From Podarcis gaigeae (taxonomy: Eukaryota), in the NCBI GenBank assembly GCA_964106915.2, contig OZ066921.1: 64,000 nt of DNA; one strand, written 5' to 3'. The notes below the pieces were generated by a model. That model ran no database searches and was not told the origin of the DNA. It worked only from the letters and a program-made list of their open reading frames with translations. Both the position numbers and the translations under genes were made by a program. This document shows positions 48,612 through 59,840 of the stretch, piece by piece. The first letter of the stretch is position 1. Each line of letters opens with the position of its first letter.

Positions 48612-48690
48612 TTCCAGTAGCACCTTAAGAGACCAACTAAGTTTGTTATTGGTATGAGCTTTCGTGTGCATGCACTCTTCTTCAGATACT
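48612..48690 (-). mobile_element. Penelope-like element pseudo-LTR fragment
   Basis: minus strand gtatctgaagaagagtgcatgcacacgaaagctcataccaataacaaacttagttggtctcttaaggtgctactggaa, typical reptile PLE terminal repeat. Confidence 0.8.
48652..48689 (-). ncRNA. minimal type I hammerhead ribozyme motif (PLE-type)
   Basis: GUAU-CUGAAGA-A-GAGUG CAUG CACAC-GAAA-GC-UC-AUAC: stem I GUAU/AUAC, intact CUGANGA and GAAA boxes, stem II with one mismatch, palindromic AGCU in place of stem III, UC cleavage site. Confidence 0.65.
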
Positions 48691-49506
48691 TCTGTGCTGT
48701 CCCAGAATCGAAACAGCTTGTAAAAAAAATAAAAATGTCCCTTTCACATAATGTACAGTTGAGGAAGAGAACCAGGTAGTAAAAGCACCAGGGACTTAAA
48801 ACCATCCAGTGTAAGAGTTGAAATTAATGGACATGACTTAGAGCAGACCCACTGAAATTAATAGACCTAAGTAAAACATAGTGGATACAGCCCACTCTTA
48901 ACCCTTTCCTTCCCCCACCTCCTTGAGACTCTTCAAAATAACTCTCCTGGCTAAAATCATTTATGTTATCAGCATCAAGAGAGGCATACAAAATGTCTGT
49001 TTATGTTTACTTTAAAGTTAAAAATTATACTTTAATCACCCAACTCCAAAAAGAATGAGAAGTTTTATTTGCATCATTAACAATAACGCCATTTTTTCTA
49101 GCTAGGTCTTCAGTTTTGCCATCAAAATACATTGTGCAGACTCACCTGCACCACTTTTCTGGTGTGGATTCTTCTGTTTGCTGTGGGTTTGGGGTCGTTT
49201 GGTTTTGTTGCATTCTGCTTTCTCTTTATTTTCATGCTGATTTCTAAAATGTTATTGCAAGGTTGCTCTAGCTACTAAAAATGGCATCAAGAACATTTCA
49301 ATAAAAAGCAGTAGTAGCTACTGGGGGTCATCAGCTGCTACTAGACTCCAGCTCCCATCAGCCTCAGTTAGCACAGCTGGTTTTCAGGGATAATAGGACT
49401 CGGTAGTCCAGCGACAGTTCGAGGGCCTCAAATTGGCCACCCCTTAAGCTTGCAAGTGACAAAAGTTCTACAAGCAGAGTCAGTTAAGGTATTTGTGAAT
49501 AGGGGT

Positions 49507-49512
49507 TTTATT
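49507..49512 (-). terminator. candidate CDT1 polyadenylation signal
   Basis: AATAAA on the minus strand about 1.47 kb after the stop; further minus-strand AATAAA at 49225, 49064 and 48076. Confidence 0.4.
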
Positions 49513-50050
49513 CAGCTTCCTGTGGCCACAGAACAGATAATCCAGTGCTGCCACTGATGGTTTTGTAGTCAGTACAGAATAGCTCTAGTGCTGCTGCAAA
49601 ACTCAGTGCAGCAATGCTAAGAGGCAGGGGCAGGCCAGGGACCTCAATTCAAGGGCCCTATTTAGCTCCCAAACCCATGGATTGCCTAACAGGGTGAAGT
49701 ATAATTAATTTAATAGGTTTAAGGCAAATAAGTCACAACAGCAGTTTGCACAGCAGCTGTCTTGGCATCTGCTAAAGGAAAGAGCCAAAAAAAATAAAGG
49801 AAGGGGACAAGATGAGGTCACATGCAGTCACAAGGAAGTCCCTTTACTGACAGATAGATTCCCTGGTTCCATGTGTGAGATTGTAGAGCCGTACAATGGG
49901 CTGGGCCAGCCTTTCCCAGGTGGTTGGGCTACAAATCCCATAATCCTTAACCAGCCGGGAGCTGTGGTCAGGGAAGATGGGAGCTGTAAGTCCAACATCT
50001 GGGGAAAGGTTGAGACAGGGTGCTAGGGCATGCAAAGTCAAGTCACAACC

Positions 50051-50195
50051 ACACCATACATTACAAACACATGACTCCCCCCTGCAAAGATCCTGGGAAC
50101 TGTAGTTTACCACTGAGCTAGAACCCCTGCACCCTTAACAAACTACAGTTCCCAGCATTCTTTGGGGCAGGTGTGGTACGTTAAATGTATGGTGG
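50051..50195. mobile_element. palindromic MITE in the probable CDT1 3' UTR
   Basis: outer arms caccatacatt / aatgtatggtg and inner arms ctgggaactgtagttt / aaactacagttcccag. Confidence 0.75.
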
Positions 50196-50977
50196 GCCTG
50201 TGACCTCAGGCTCAAGTGAAATTGCAGAAATCCACCACCGCTGCTCTTGGCTCAATCCCCTTTACTGAAGGTAAGAGACCAAAATGTCAACTAAATGGCT
50301 TGGCCAGTTAAAAATCACTCATTTTAAGCTCCTCCTGATCAATAAATAGTTATTGCTAAGGTTCATATACAAGTTATGTTTTACAACCAATTTTTTTTTT
50401 TAAGTACTTTTAATGTCCTCTATCTACCAAGTCTTGGAGGAACTGAAACTCCCTTTGTGGAAAAAGGCAGCTCCCACCGCTTCCTGACAGATGAGGGAAT
50501 GGAAATGCTAGTCATGAAAGGAGTAATGGCTTTGTGGTCCTGCAGCGTCATTCTCTATTTCTGTTCAGCAAATCTGGCAAGTGGGAAAGCGGTGCTGACA
50601 AAGAACTTTTTGAATGCACAAAGGCGAAAAGTTTTGTACTTTGTTGTGATACGCCAATCAAACTGGATTTCCTGGTTTGTATGTGCTGCCCTCTTGTGGC
50701 CTTACAGAACAGTAACAGCTACACAGGCACCAGGATGGCACTTAGAAAACTAGGAGGGAAGGAAGGAAGGAGAGATGCCATATCCTCTTAATTCTGAAAA
50801 AGCCACAATATTCACATTTTGCCCACATTCATGCATCAGCTGCAAGGAGAGAATATGACACACACGTCTCTGGCCATCGGGGTCCTTTCCCAAGAGAGAC
50901 TGTGCCAACAGGCACACAACGATGCTGATGCTGATGCTGAGCCTAAGGCATGATCTCCCCACATCCTGCAGCATGGA

Positions 50978-51141
50978 TTAGAGCCTTTCCTCTTCCTTTG
51001 CCCTTGCGGCCAGTCTCTCCGTGACAACGTTGAGGTCCACGCTCTTGTCCAGTTTGATGTACGTTTCTTGCCGGATGGGGAGAACGCTCACCCAGTCGGG
51101 CAGCAGCTCTGAGAGGAGACGAAGGTGCTTTTCTGTCTCTC
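50978..51141 (-). CDS. CDT1: CDT1 exon 10 (stop TAA)
   Basis: cctgcag|GA GAG ACA ... AGG CTC TAA; [53 protein letters not shown]; total CDS 1884 nt = 627 aa. Confidence 0.96.
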
Positions 51142-52054
51142 CTGCAGGGACAGAGGAAGAGTTTCAGACAGAGCGCTGTGCCAGCTGATTGTTTTCTCAC
51201 TTAACAGCTTTTGTTAAATGAGAACAGAAAGCCCCTGTCTATCATAGGGATACCCACTATAAATGACTCCATGGTGGCTAAATCACCACTGAAAACATGG
51301 CAGGGAAAGGACTCTGCATGCAGACGGTTGCACAATTAATCCTCTTAAAAAGATATGCAGCTTTTTTTTGTTAGAGGTCACATTCCCAGGGTTCTGTGTA
51401 GAGTAAGTCGGGAGTCACACGCTGGCAGAGGGTGGTGCCAGGGACAAAAAAGGGAAAGTTTTCTAGACTAGCGATCACCCTGCTTCAGATTGGAATACCT
51501 AGCCCAACTGGGTTTGATCGGGTTACCCTCAAGTATACGGAAGATTATTTTTTGTGTAAACACAACAGACCAATCCAGCCACTGTTGCAGTGGAAGCCAA
51601 TCTTTTTCGTTTGTGTGCTACACACACCTATAAGGTGTTTGTTCTCACACAGCTGGGAGGTAAACAACTTCACCCCAAGCCATGCAAGCAGCAAAGCATT
51701 GCTTTGTAAGTCAAATATTTAAAGATCAATTAAGCTGAAACTTTGATCTCGAACTTGCCTCCCACAGGAGGCAGTGATGGCCAGCAACTGAGATGGCTTT
51801 AAAAGAGGATTAGACTAACTCATGGAGGACAAGGCTACACCCTGCCTCCAATGTTAAGAGGCATTAGGCCTCTGAACACCAGGCTGCTGGGAATCGCAGG
51901 TGGGCAGAGCACTGCTGCACTCCGGTCCAGCTTGCAGGCTTCCGGTCAGCCACTGGGGGAATAGGACGCTCGGTTAGATGGGCCACTTTCCTGACCCAGC
52001 AGGCCACTTCCTATGCTCCTAAAATACAGCCTGTTCTAGTTGTTCTGAAACTTC

Positions 52055-52560
52055 AAATCAAAATGTTTATTCGGCTTTACGCCCATCATGAAACACAACA
52101 CAACAAAACAAATCAAATAAAACAGCGGACTCGTACAAACCACAAGTAGTATAACACAGTTCACAACTCACAAGGACAGATATTAGCCATTCATAAGAAA
52201 AGTTTAAGATTAAGATTAAAAATTTTAGGCACTACACTAAAATCAATATCTGATGTCATTATAGAAAATTCTTATAACTATCAATAATCAGCTAACATTC
52301 CATTCCGTCTCTTGTACGAGAGGACGGCTGTTAGGAATTTAGCAACCTGTAGGGTAATATAAGGATCCACATCTTGAAGAACCCAGGCAAGCTGTAGGTC
52401 TACTGGTTTGTCAGCCATAGGCTGGATTATGGAGTTTAGTATACTAGCACAGGCTGAACTGTACAAAGGGCAGATAAACATAATATGATGTAGAGATTCA
52501 GATGTTTTCATTTCACACGCACACATTGAAGGGACTTGGCCCTTAGTGAATCTATGTCTG
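52055..52560 (-). mobile_element. non-LTR retrotransposon 3' end, RTE-X-like
   Basis: CACEMKTSESLHHIMFICPLY...DVDPYITLQVAKFL (C-terminal Cys/His motif), then a 3' UTR ending in gccgaataaacattttgatttg; clade assigned by resemblance only. Confidence 0.6.
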
Positions 52561-52815
52561 AAACTTCATAGAAAGAGGGGGACACACTTTTAAAAATGGC
52601 TGGGGCAAATTAGAAAATAAACAGGAAGGAACAAACCCTGATGGGGTGGAAGAATGGAGCAGATTCAGGTGTTGGGAGCCGACTAGAATGAGGCATGATG
52701 GGAACTATAGTTCAGCAACATCCAAGGGGCACAGATTCCCCATCTCTGCCTGGAGGCAACGCATCAGCCCCCCCCCCCTCAAAGCTTGCCAGGTGTGCCC
52801 ACTTCCTCCCCTTAC

Positions 52816-53017
52816 CAAACGTCATGAGGGACCGGTAGCTGGCCATCATCCGTTGGCACGCCACCTCCATGGGCAGCGCCTGCTTCTTCTCTGCCACAAA
52901 GACGTTGCGCAGGACCCTTGCCATATCTGGCAGACGCGACAGCATGTCCAGGCGCCGCTCCTGCTGCGGGTTCCGCACCATCAGCGCCTGCAGCTTTTGA
53001 ACTTCCTTGGCTCTGAC
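52816..53017 (-). CDS. CDT1: CDT1 exon 9
   Basis: tctcag|GTC AGA ... TTT G|gtaagg; VRAKEVQKLQALMVRNPQQERRLDMLSRLPDMARVLRNVFVAEKKQALPMEVACQRMMASYRSLMTF (MCM-binding domain). Confidence 0.97.
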
Positions 53018-53621
53018 CTGAGAGAGAGAAAGGGAGAGAGGTGGCGGCGGCATCAGAAGGGATCAAACCTGATAGTTTCTGCGTGCAAAGCAGATGCTCT
53101 GCTGGAACTGAGCTATGCACCACTTGGAATTCTAAGTGGGCATCTTGTCTGCGACAAGGAAAGGGGGTGGGTCAGGCAGGGCAAAGAGCGGTGCAAGAAG
53201 AACAAGGAGACAGTCTGTGTGGGAAGGGGAAGAATATAATAAGAGCCTGCAGGATCAGGCCATCTAGCCCAGCAGCCTGTTCGGAGTGGCCAACCAGATG
53301 CCCCCAATGGGACTCCCACAAGAAGGGCCCAAGCACAAGGGCACTCCTCCCATCTTGCAGTTTCCAGCAACTTGCACTCAAAGGTGCCACCCTTATAATA
53401 CTTACTAAAATAAAATAAAATGAAATAAAAAATAAGAGCAAGAGAGTAAGAGTAATGATGCATGAGGTGGAGCAGGTCAGTGGTCCTGCCCCATCTGCAA
53501 AACCCCTTTCTGACTTTGGATGTTGGGACCTGGAGTTCCTTACTATACAAACCAAGAACAAAGGTGACCCACATCCCACAAGCCTGAAGCCCCCCTGGTG
53601 AGGAGACGGCAAGGCACTCAC

Positions 53622-53762
53622 CCTCTCCAACAAGGACTGCGACACCCCTTTCAGGCTGCTGGGGGTGCCAGCCGGAGCTGGTGGGGGTGGCCGAGGGGAC
53701 TCCGGCACAGAGGGGCTGGCTTCGGCGGTCCTCAGAGCCAGATTGGCCAGCGCCTTCTCCAT
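53622..53762 (-). CDS. CDT1: CDT1 exon 8
   Basis: caacag|ATG GAG ... GAG AGG|gtgagt; MEKALANLALRTAE...SSLKGVSQSLLER. Confidence 0.96.
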
Positions 53763-54714
53763 CTGTTGTTGGGTGAGGCAGAAAGAGAGAGCAGGTGGGT
53801 CAGCCATCAGTAGCAGTTTTTCTCACCTGGCAAGCAAAGGAGTCTTGCGTAGCTGAAAAGCAGTTGCGATGCCATGTGGAAGAGTAAACTGATAAGCTCC
53901 TGAACAATTTCTCGCCTCCACCACGCACAAACAGCCCGTTCAACTGAGATGCAGGTGGTTGAGGCAGCAAAGAGGACCCATTGCTTCCTCTTCCCCAGCA
54001 CAGTAATAAACAACCAACTTTATCTAGTCACAGGCTTTCCCTCTCTAGTACCAAATCCCAACTTCTGGACCCCTCCCTTTTTTAGGGGGGGGGGGGAGAG
54101 GAAAGAAAGCTGCTAGTGGTTGGCATTAAGGCCAAAATAAAAACAAGTCCAAAGAAAAAATTGGTCAACTTCTGACTTCAGGGAAAGAGTCAACAGTCAC
54201 ACAAGGGGGCAGACCCATAACAACTGTTCATACTTCGATGGTCAAGATCCACTCATAAGAAAGTCAAGGTATCAGTACAAATTTATATAAAATATTCCTT
54301 ACAAATTTAGTACACAGAAATTCAAAGTATTAGCATAGAAATCCCTATATGGCGCCTTCCTCAATATCTCCTATCCCAAGATTGGCAGGTGAGGCTTCAG
54401 TTGTGCCATCACTGGGGCATACCCAGTTGGCAGCAACCTACGACAGGGGCTTTTCGGTGGTGGCTCCCCATTTGTGGAATTCCTTCCACAAGGAATTCCA
54501 TCTGACGGCTGAATGAAGCTGCTCCTGGCAACCTTGAGAGATGACTGGCTAACTGTTTGCAAGAAGGCTTTATAAAAAAATTGATGTTATTGACAGGTTG
54601 GCTGCCCCGGGGGCTCCTTTGCAAGGGAGAACAGGATATAAAATGGAAATAATAATAGCTAATTCAAAGAGTTCCACCCACACTCAGAGGGCCTTCTGCT
54701 TTGGCCAGCTTTAC

Positions 54715-54903
54715 CTTGGGCGTCATCAGGCTGCGAGCCTTGGCCAGCACTTCTTGAGCAGTCGTGATTTTGTCCACCTGCGGGGGCTGAGGCACCTCCG
54801 CAGGGACGATGTCGGGCACGTCGTCGACCTTGAACCGGGGATGCCACCTTGTCAGTTTGTCTTCCGGCACCACCATTGGAGGGTTGAGAGACGCCAAGAA
54901 AGC
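54715..54903 (-). CDS. CDT1: CDT1 exon 7
   Basis: ctgcag|GCT TTC ... CCC AAG|gtaaag; [63 protein letters not shown]. Confidence 0.97.
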
Positions 54904-55433
54904 CTGCAGGGAGTTAGCACAGGGGAGGTGATGACTGACTATGCCTGATATAACACCCGGACCAGCACCTGATAAGGTATAGCAAGGTTGTCCCAAACTT
55001 GAGTCTGCAGCTGCTTTTGGGCTACAACTCCCATCAGGACTAGTGGTCAGGGATGAGGGGAACTGTAACCCAGAAACATCTGCAGACCCAAGTTTGGGAA
55101 ACCCTGATGTGAAGCAACCCTCCATAGCAGATATTTTCTCATTTACATGGCAAAGGCAGGAATGAGCTACAGTGGAGGGAGGAGACGACTGCTGGGAGGG
55201 GGAAGGGCCAGATGAAGACCTTCAGAGGTCCTAGGCACTGACAAGATGACAGTGCCCCCATATGCAATTCAAAACAAGGACAATACTAAACCATAAAATA
55301 AAATTGTATTTTTCAAGAGCTTGAAGAAGCTTGCATGTTTGCAGAAATGTGTGTGCATATTATGTCATGTGCAACTCGTGACTGGATCTGCTCTCTTCAA
55401 ATTCTTTTGGTCTACGTTAGTAGATGTTAGTTG

Positions 55434-55434
<1 letters not shown>

Positions 55435-55471
<37 letters not shown>
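55435..55471. repeat. (CA)n microsatellite
   Basis: about 18 perfect units in CDT1 intron 6. Confidence 0.95.
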
Positions 55472-55473
<2 letters not shown>

Positions 55474-55681
55474 CGTTTAGGTGGGGATAAGTAATAAGAA
55501 GAGAACAGGAAAACTGGGGGAAACTGAAGTGTAAGATGCTTGAAAGTTCTTTGGTGCTTTTATTTTTTGAACTGTCAAATTCTTCCCAGAGCTTCTCATG
55601 CTTTGCTGGTGCTTAGTCTGCTTACTGGGTAAATCCAACACTTTTTTTGGGGGGGGGGGGTGGGGGAGGAAGGAGACTCAC

Positions 55682-55767
55682 CTTGTGGTGCCCTTTTACG
55701 ATGTTAACCAAGTTCCTGCCAAATATTTTCCGACGCTGCATCAGGTGCGATGCCGACAGCTTCTCTC
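55682..55767 (-). CDS. CDT1: CDT1 exon 6
   Basis: gtttcag|GA GAG AAG ... CAC AAG|gtgagt; EKLSASHLMQRRKIFGRNLVNIVKGHHK. Confidence 0.95.
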
Positions 55768-56282
55768 CTGAAACAAAAAAAATGAAGGGTGACAGGCCAG
55801 ATCTCCCTCTTGCTCCCTCTGAAACTGCTGTTCCCTTCTACCCGCCAGTTCAGGGATGGGAAACCTTTGAGTTGGGCTGGAGGCGGGCACATGCCAGTGG
55901 TGGGCGGCAAAAGTGGGCGGGGCAACTATTGTGAAATGTGGCATAGGCTGGTGTTTACACGCTCCTCTCTCCATCCTCCTCCCAAGGCAAGCAAGAGGCG
56001 CCATTGTCAGGAACAAACAGGGTGCAGCCCAAAGAGACTCCCAAGGGCCAGAAACAGGGGCCTGGAGACCCACACCTGGTCCCCGGGACCAAGGTAGCCT
56101 TACTGTAATGAAGTGGTCCTACAATGACACACACTGGGATGGTTCCTTGGCACAAACATCTTCAAGTTTGGTCCTTAGTACATTTTCAAAGGGTGTGGCA
56201 GGAAACGTACAATGAAGTGTACCTGCCCACTTTCCTCCCGAGCTCATAAGAGCTTCTTTTGCGAATGCTGCACGGGACCCAC

Positions 56283-56431
56283 CTGCCTCTAGCATGGGTT
56301 CGATTGTCAGCTGGTAGTCGCCTCTCTTCTGACCAGGGGTGCCAAAGGTGGGAATGTTCTTCTCCTGGCGCATGATGTACGAAGCCGGATACACAGCTTT
56401 GATCTGACCCAGGTTCCGTTCTTCAAATTGC
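56283..56431 (-). CDS. CDT1: CDT1 exon 5
   Basis: ccgcag|G CAA TTT ... GCA G|gtgggt; [49 protein letters not shown]. Confidence 0.96.
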
Positions 56432-56869
56432 CTGCGGACAGGCAGGGAGAATATCAGCGCCCAAGATCTTGCACGCGATCAGAAGTTTATAAAGGATCAG
56501 ATCAATAGAACGTAATCAACCCTTCTGGGAGTGAGCATCCCATTAACATGGTGGCACCCTCAAAATGAGGACGAGGAGGTTCTTGGGTCTGGCAGACAGA
56601 TACAAACTGGCACGGGAAATAGGTTTGCACCCGTGATATTGTTGTTAAGTTATTAACCACCTTCTATACAATCATCTCAAGGTGACGTACCGTTAAAAGC
56701 AGCAGACACAAAAAACAGCAGATAAATTTAAAACAAGATGAAAACCATCCAAAATAGACATTGGTCCAGCTGGGAAAGGCTGATGGAACAAATAATGATA
56801 AGAGTTGGAAGAGAGCCCATGGATTGTCTAGTCCAACCCCCTGAAATGCAGGAATCACAACTAACATGT

Positions 56870-57135
56870 CTTCAGTTGTTCTCAGAAAGTGCAGACAGAG
56901 GGCGCCTGCTCAATCTCAACAGGAATGCTATTCCACGGAACAGGGGCAGCCACACTAAAAGCCCCACTCCAAGCTGCTATGGGACAAACCTCTGAGATCT
57001 TGGGGACTTGCCCAAGAAACGTACCCGCAAACCAAGCAATCTGCTGGGTGTATAAGGGAGAAGGCAGTCTCTCTCTCCAGTAACCTGACCCTAAGCTGTA
57101 TAGGGCCTTGTGCGTTAGTACCAACACCATGAGGA
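56870..57135 (-). mobile_element. L2 LINE fragment (3' end of ORF2)
   Basis: VLTHKALYSLGSGYWRERL...AFSVAAPVPWNSIPVEIEQAPS matches the L2 ORF2 end motif AFSxAAPxLWNxLP. Confidence 0.8.
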
Positions 57136-57523
57136 CTAAAAGCTTGAAGCAAAAGTGGTCAAGAGTATCCACCTAGCCCAGCACTTTTGTCTCTCCGGCC
57201 AGAAGTCTTCAAGCAGAAGAAAGAGGTATTCTGACTCTAGCTGTGGAGGTTCCAACACCATTTATCACTGCCAAGAGCTCCCAAGACCTGTTACCCAGCT
57301 TCCATGATTTTATCTAGTCAAGGGAATGGGAAACCTTTGCAGGGTTGGGGGGGGCGCATGTGGGAGTGGTAGACAAGGGTCAGGGCAAAAGTGTGCAGGG
57401 CAACAGCTGCAACTCTTACCTTTGAGCAGTAGGGGGCAGTCCAACCTCCTCACCAAAAGCCAGAGGCTTCTACAGCCCCTCGCATCCATTCAGGCAACTG
57501 AGCAGCATGACCACAGTTTAATG

Positions 57524-58097
57524 CAGGGGTAGGCAACATAACACGGGTGGCGGGTGGCGCTGTGAGTTAAACCACAGAGCCTAGGACTTGCCAATCAGAA
57601 GGTTGGCGGTTCGAATCCTCGCAATGGGGTGAGCTCCCACTGCTCGGTCCCTGCTCCTGCCAACCTAGCAGTTCGAAAGCACCTCAAAGTGCAAGTAGAT
57701 AAATAGGTACCACTCTGGCAGGGAGGTAAATGGCGTTTCCGTGCGCTGCTCTGGTTCGCCAGAAGCAGCTTAGTCATGCTGACCACATGACCCGGAAGCT
57801 GTACGCTGGCTCCCTCGGCCAATAAAGCGAGATGAGCACCGCAACCCCAGAGTCAACCATGACTGGACCTAATGGTCTGGGGTCCCTCTACCTTTACCTT
57901 TAGGCAACCTAAGACCCATGGGCTGGATGCGGCCCAATTAACTTCTAAATCCGGCTCGAGGATGGTCCGAGAATCTGTGTGTTTTTACATGAGTAGAATG
58001 TGTGCATTTATTTAAAATGCATCTCTGGGTTATTTGTGGGGCATAGGAATTTGGGACAGTGGACTGGCCCACGGCTGAAAAAGGTTGCTGGCCCCTG
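57524..58097 (+). mobile_element. non-autonomous hAT DNA transposon (MITE)
   Basis: TIRs CAGGGGTAGGCAAC... / ...AGGTTGCTGGCCCCTG; perfect 8-bp TSD GTTTAATG (57516-57523 / 58098-58105), the TSD length typical of hAT. Confidence 0.88.
57542..57900 (+). mobile_element. Sauria SINE nested in a hAT MITE
   Basis: GGTGGCGCTGTGAGTTAAACC head, ACCTTTACCTT tail; TSD taggcaac(a/c)taa (57530-57541 / 57901-57912). Confidence 0.92.
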
Positions 58098-58544
58098 GTT
58101 TAATGGGTCCTCAAAGCACTCTGGGCACAGAGCAGGTTTGGGGAGGGTGTGCTGCATTGGAAGAGCACTGGGGGCCAATCAGAATCAGAGGTGTCTGGAG
58201 CTGATGACAACACCCTGTGAGCTGAAGTTCTTTGGTTCGCCACTCATTGCACAAAGTACTATTGCTTTCTGCTCAGGGAAGGCCATCCATTTTATTACAT
58301 GCCAAGTAATTAACATCAGGGGGGGGGGGGGAACCACCAGCCCAGAAGGGAATTCTGGTCTACCACTGTGTTACAAAGGCTGCTCTCATCTTCACTCTGC
58401 TATTCCCAATTGGCATCCTGGGCAGAATTATTAGCTTGCCAGGTGGAGAGATGGTCACTCTCTCTGCCTCTCTGGACTGACTGCTCACAGGCAATTGCCT
58501 CCCGCGCTCCCTGCCCACCCCTAGGAAAAAGGGTGAGCTCTCAC

Positions 58545-58739
58545 CTGCGCATCATGTCCTGGATGCCTTGCTTGACCTTGGCAAAGGTCACCGTCTCCGA
58601 GCGGTTGAAAAGCATCCCCACAATGGTGTCCATGCTGCGGAACATCTCAGCCAGCACCTTGTACTTGTAAGGCAGCGCGAGTCCCGGGGGGACGTCAAGG
58701 GCGAGGTTGTGGAAGCGCTGGAAGGCTGGAGCCTTCGCA
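58545..58739 (-). CDS. CDT1: CDT1 exon 4
   Basis: cccag|T GCG AAG ... CGC AG|gtgaga; [64 protein letters not shown] (geminin-binding domain). Confidence 0.97.
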
Positions 58740-59187
58740 CTGGGAAGATGGGGAGAATAAAATAATCAGGTGTTTCCGTCACACAGCAGCACAATGTCAC
58801 CTTAGCTCTCACACAGGTAGTTGTCGGCGGAGGTTTTGGATGATAGTTGCAAGCATTTAAGAGCAGCATATCCATTTTCAGATCTGCTGTACTGAGGGGC
58901 ACCTTTCTAGAGGATCAAAAATATTTTAAAATCAATTTATTGGCTGGGCATTGCAATCCTAATCATTGACTGGGACATCCAACCATCCTGCAGACTCAAA
59001 CGGTAGGAGGCGCCCAGCTCTGTTTAGGATTGGGCTGTTTGATTGCCTTGAACAGAGATGGCTCACTTGTTGCTGCCCAGATGTTGCTAGACTCCCACCA
59101 ATCCCAGCCAACGAGACCAATAATCTCTAGGGGAAATGGCAGCCACATAACAATTGGGGTGGGCACAAGCTAACCACCCCTAAACTC

Positions 59188-59475
59188 AATCAAACAATCA
59201 ATCACTGTATTATGGCCAATGGCCAATATCCAGAAAGGAACTTTGTACAAATATATAACATACAAAACAAAATAGAAAACGACAGCAATCAAACTATTAG
59301 TATAACTATTGTACTACAGAACACCAGGCACAGAAAACAAATTTATAAATTTGCTAAAATTAATCCCTGCAGAATTTTACATGCAGCAGCAAAATATTAC
59401 ACACAAAGATGGATGAGTACTGATATGCTAAAAGTAAAAAGGCTTCAAATGCAAGCTATCGCCCTGGGAATTTCC
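59188..59475 (-). mobile_element. degenerate RTE-X-like 3' end
   Basis: minus strand ends tggccattggccataatacagtgattgattg, same organisation as the 52055 element. Confidence 0.4.
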
Positions 59476-59592
59476 AAAAAAAAAAAGGGTTCGATGCCCT
59501 AAGACCCCTAATCTAGAAAATCGCCATGTCCCCTCTCACCAGACACCTGGTTTCATCACCAAGGCCAACCACTCAGAAAGCTCTTCCCCTAC

Positions 59593-59840
59593 CTGGTCTC
59601 TGCTGTTGGCTCAGGGTTGCTTTCGCCCAGCTGGAGTTGAGGGAGGTTCCTCACTTTCTCCTTCTCAGCCTCTTTCCTCTTGCTGATTTTGGATTCCAGC
59701 AGCCGAGCCCGTTTTAATCTGCTCTTTATGTCACCGTCAACCTCTGAGGAGCTGGCTGGCAAAGTGACTTTCTGTGCCAGGGCACGGATCTTCGCCAGAC
59801 GACCGTTCAGCTCTGCCAACGTCTCCTTAGACACCATCTC
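59593..59840 (-). CDS. CDT1: CDT1 exon 3
   Basis: caaacag|GAG ATG ... ACC AG|gtaggg; 248 nt; EMVSKETLAELNGRLAKIRALAQK...IKSRLKRARLLESKI. Confidence 0.9.
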
